DNA of 48,323 nucleotides from Perkinsus olseni (Eukaryota): NCBI GenBank assembly GCA_013115125.1, contig JABANN010000241.1, positions 1 to 48,323 of the forward strand, read 5' to 3'. Shown piece by piece: positions 45,001 to 48,323 of this stretch (position 1 is its first letter; each line of letters starts with the position of its first letter). The notes under the pieces were generated by a model. It saw only the letters and a program-made list of their open reading frames with translations, ran no database searches and was not told where the DNA came from. The position numbers and the translations under genes were made by a program.

Positions 45001-47204
45001 ATGGTGGATCTCGTGGGAGTGGCGTGAGAGATGTCACAGGTGAGTGTCACCCCTTGCGGAATGTTCCCATCCTATGGATCATCGTGCGATCCTTCGGCGG
45101 GTCGGAGACTCTTCCAGGCAGAGAAATTCCCCGATCATCGGGGCCCGATGGCCGGCCCAGAAAGTTTCTGGGCTGAGCTTTGAAGCGCATAGTCTGATAC
45201 GATTGTATAGCATTTATTGCTCAGCTTGTGTGGAGAGTCTCTTGCCGAGGGTGATGGAGATGGAGGTGTCCGTGGGCAAGTTGAACTCAGAAAGGTGGAT
45301 TCCGACTAAGAACTATGACACAGACGAGCTTGGTGAGTAGAACCTTCTTCGCGGGGATGCAACACAGGCAGCGCTCGTCATTCATACTGTATGAGTGTAT
45401 GGGTAATACACGGTCCTTGGTGCTGATGGTTGATCATCCGCCGTTCGGAACAGCCGGTTCCATTACTGGTACGTATGATTTGCCTTGGGCATAGAGAGCA
45501 AGGATGTGAACAGCAAACCACTCTGAGAGCAGGGTTTGTCCTTTGGGCGGGCCATCGCATAAATTCCCGGAAACGGAAATTCCCTGAAATTTCCGGAAAA
45601 AGTGGAAATATTCGGAAATTTCCAGTAATTTTAGTGCGCGCCCAAAAATTTTTCGCGCCCTGCGGGCGCTTGCTCCACTTTCAACCCTGGCGGTTGGGCT
45701 CCTCATCTTGGAGGACCTCGGGAGTGTGTTGATGTTGCGTTAGGCAATGCTCACATAGAAGAGAGTCCAGTAGACCAAGGAGCCTGCAACGCAACGGGAT
45801 CCAATTCAATTCAATTCAAACTTTATTGCCTGCCAGGCAATGCCTGGGCGTTACAAGCTCAAAGCTTATCGCCCATCACACGACCCGCGCAAGCGGATCC
45901 CGATGTGGTTAGACCCAACCATAGAGCCTTAAAACAACAGAGGCTAATCAATCTTTCATCATCAGCTCGGAGGCTCTTGAGAGGAACTTCGTCACAACTA
46001 CGTCGTGCAGCCAGGCAAGGCGAGGAGGGAGGCATGCCACACTGGGCAGCCTGCTAGGCATGAGGGAGAAAGAAGGTGAAAAGAGGATTAAGTAGTCCCA
46101 GGACCAACAACTGCGATTGCGGAAACCCAGATGATTAGATGGTGAAAATTTGTGTAGTAAGGGAGGGCTCAACCAATACCGAGTCACCAGCAAGGGGGAC
46201 GTATGGGTATGGCAGGTTCGATCTCTACCTCGTACCGGGAAAACCCGGCCACCCTCACGCGACGTTGACGCGTAGAGACCTGTGAGAGGCCACGGGATAC
46301 CGGCGAGTCGCCGGCGGCGACTGTTATAATCCTGCGCTGCGCACAACATCGATTGCCTGGGCGCGCGCTTAGTGATGACGTTGGTCGATGCAGCATGGAG
46401 TGAACCTTCATCATCGAGATAACCTTCAATCTTGGTATCTGATTTGGTATACGCTGCACACGACATGGGCACTGCCGCTATGACACAAACCCATCGAGCG
46501 CAGAAGCACTCGTTCACTTGTTGAGCTTGCCCAATAAATGAGCTTTCAATTATGCTATCTTAGGGCCATTTTGGGCCATTTTTGGAAATTTTTTGGAAAT
46601 TTTTGCCTCGGGGGAAATTTTCGGAAAATTTCCGAAAATTTCCTCATGGAAATTTTCGGGCTAAGGGCCAGGGCAAACCCTTGGCTCCAAGGGCGTTGCA
46701 GGCTCCTTGGTCTACTGGAGATGCAACGACTCGAGCTTCAGGTTCGTAGAAGGAGTAACAAGTGTGTTAATTTCTTCCGCAGCGTGGCAATGCACATGTT
46801 TCTGTTTTTCGGGGGAAAGAATCTTCTCAGAGAGGGCTTTTCCACTTGTTTTGTGATCACAATTCCTGTCAGATTCTGGTTTGTTGCAAATTGCCCGGCG
46901 GACGTATCTCATCTTGGACGAGACGCTTCTGGACACTGGTCGAGCTAATGTTGCGAACTTGCGGGCGTTACAACTTCTGGTGAGTGGGCGCCATCTCATC
47001 GTTTGTGGAGATGTGGTTGTTTGGTAACTCTGGACTCACGGCCATCACCACGGCGAAGATCCACTTTGAACTTCAGTGTGAGTGGAGAGGGGGCGGATTG
47101 CTTTCCTGCAGATTCGCGACCAGAAGATCCGTGTGCAGTTCGGGCCATCTCAGATCGAGTTGCCTACGGAAGTGAACACGCTAACTCTGTCTGCCTCCCA
47201 GTCG
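42070..47204 (+). CDS. MCMBP: Mini-chromosome maintenance complex-binding protein, multi-exon; further 3' exons probably continue toward the window end
   Basis: Exons encode WDEVPSLN...TVVKFRCMVQD|VMNPEPY; AVVKVYD...MRLHE|VVEIVGIL; LRGDRLAAEYLLLHMVSR; IVGHWPLNISGF; WIPTKNYDTDEL|DSGLLQIARRTYLILDETLLDTG..NLRAL; IRDQKIRVQF...TLSASQS. These are collinear with MCMBP/ETG1 motifs. Confidence 0.88.
43238..43319 (+). repeat. Dispersed 82-nt repeat, copy 2 (inside an MCMBP intron)
   Basis: 71/82 identity with the reverse complement of 31893-31974. Confidence 0.85.
45530..46683. mobile_element. Non-autonomous hAT-like DNA transposon remnant in MCMBP intron 45333-46872
   Basis: Left end CAGGGTTTGTCC and right end GGGCAAACCCTTG (inverted). 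Both are followed inward by arrays of GGAAATTTCC-type subterminal repeats (45560-45625, 46575-46660). No 8-bp target-site duplication seen. Confidence 0.55.
45802..46530 (-). mobile_element. 5'-truncated non-LTR retrotransposon 3' end nested in the hAT-like element
   Basis: The minus strand ends AATAAAGTTTGAATTGAATTGAATTG (poly-A signal plus TTGAA tandem tail). The upstream frame AYTKSDTKIEGYL...ITKR...DRTCH resembles LINE ORF2 C-termini. Confidence 0.5.
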
Positions 47205-48323
47205 GTGAGTTCCGTAGTTGGCTCCGCGACTCCTGTGTGGAAATTCCTGGGTGGAATCGATTGAGCCCTCGGAGGGCGTCAGTGATACTGTTGAGGCGGT
47301 CTTCTATTCGCACTCGACCGGAGACCATGGTTGCGGGGTGTCGATACCCTCTCCGTGGATTTGCAGACTCGTACTCATTCTCGAATCTGTTTACAGGGCC
47401 AGCTTGACTCACCCGCAGCAGCAATTTCAGTCTTCCGTCTCTGCTGTTGGCCGATCGCCAGAGGCATAGTCGTATACCAGTGCGCGTCCCGACCACACAG
47501 TGTGGGACTCTCTCGCTGTATGTGAGAGCGCTGTGAGGAGGAGCGCACTGGTATGGCCTCCCACAGTGTGAGGCCTCACAGCCCCTGAGTGTGAGGCTGA
47601 CACTCAAGGCCTGCGAGGACGTGGCTCTTCATTCGGCTCGCTGCATCCTCGAGAATACGAACAATCTTGGAGAGCGTCTTGCCCATAGTGATTCGTCTCT
47701 CGTATCTTGCGGAGGTTGTTTTGAAATATTTCATTGGAGGATGTTTTCCTTCTTAATATGATGGATACGATACGTGGACCGCTCCGCTAGACCACGTCTA
47801 CGATGCTCAGAAGATTTATCGCGGTGTACGTGAATGGCAATTAGTTTTCTCATTACATCGCCTACCTATTCGTGAACCTGCATGATAAAAGTGAGCTAAC
47901 CCTCTCACGATGGGTAATGCCGAGAGAACTCTGGAAGATTTGGTAAACGGTCCCTTATGGCTGACGAGACCCCCTTCTTCGGTCAGAGTATTATTTGTCT
48001 TCTTGTTTGATATTTGAACGATGATGATGGGCCTGGTTCTACCGAGTCTGTGGAGGAGTTGGCTGTGTGTTGTCTGCTGAGCAGTACAATGTCAACTGCG
48101 TTCGAAGGAATGCGCGGTGCGGGAGATGGAATCGAGGAGAGTGGGCGCTGAGCTGTGCGATCGGCTGTGTGAGCTCCAATCGGGCTGGTTGTGTATTGTT
48201 AAGCTTCCACATGTGTATGTGAACGAACGCTATGCGGCACAGCAGCTCTGTATGACGGAATTGAGACAACTCAAGACTCTTTGCCGTCAAAGTATACAAA
48301 GGTTCTAGGTGATGAACTTGAGG

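Overview
Eukaryotic genomic DNA, not prokaryotic. Short (mostly 45-75 nt) GT-AG introns and the gene style suggest a Perkinsus-like alveolate (inference). There are three compartments. (1) 1-10.8 kb: a tight head-to-tail array of minus-strand multi-exon genes (ADP-ribosylglycohydrolase-like, METTL21/23-type methyltransferase, two coiled-coil proteins). (2) About 11-35 kb: a gene-sparse region with intron-poor, apparently secreted or lineage-specific genes, a DUF4598/NOPCHAP1-like gene, one imperfect tRNA-Arg(TCG), transposon remnants and many odd-length palindromes. (3) 35.5-48.3 kb: a plus-strand array (KH-domain protein, Mei2-like RRM protein, MCMBP with a TE-filled intron). The most striking signal is a small vocabulary of conserved motifs in the short introns of both arrays, often one per intron and in either orientation. 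It comprises about 22 tRNA-derived extended B-box elements with tRNA-gene geometry but decayed stems, plus AATTTCGTGGCGCGCG, GCTTCGCTCCGCTA and AGCGCGC(G)CC-N5-RATCGAT. This is a candidate intron-encoded DNA binding-site system. The second signal is a fold-back mutational footprint (palindromes with a 1-nt spacer and X-n-X'-n-X triplications) that can be seen differing between two paralogous copies. Exon boundaries were read by eye and gene ends are approximate.
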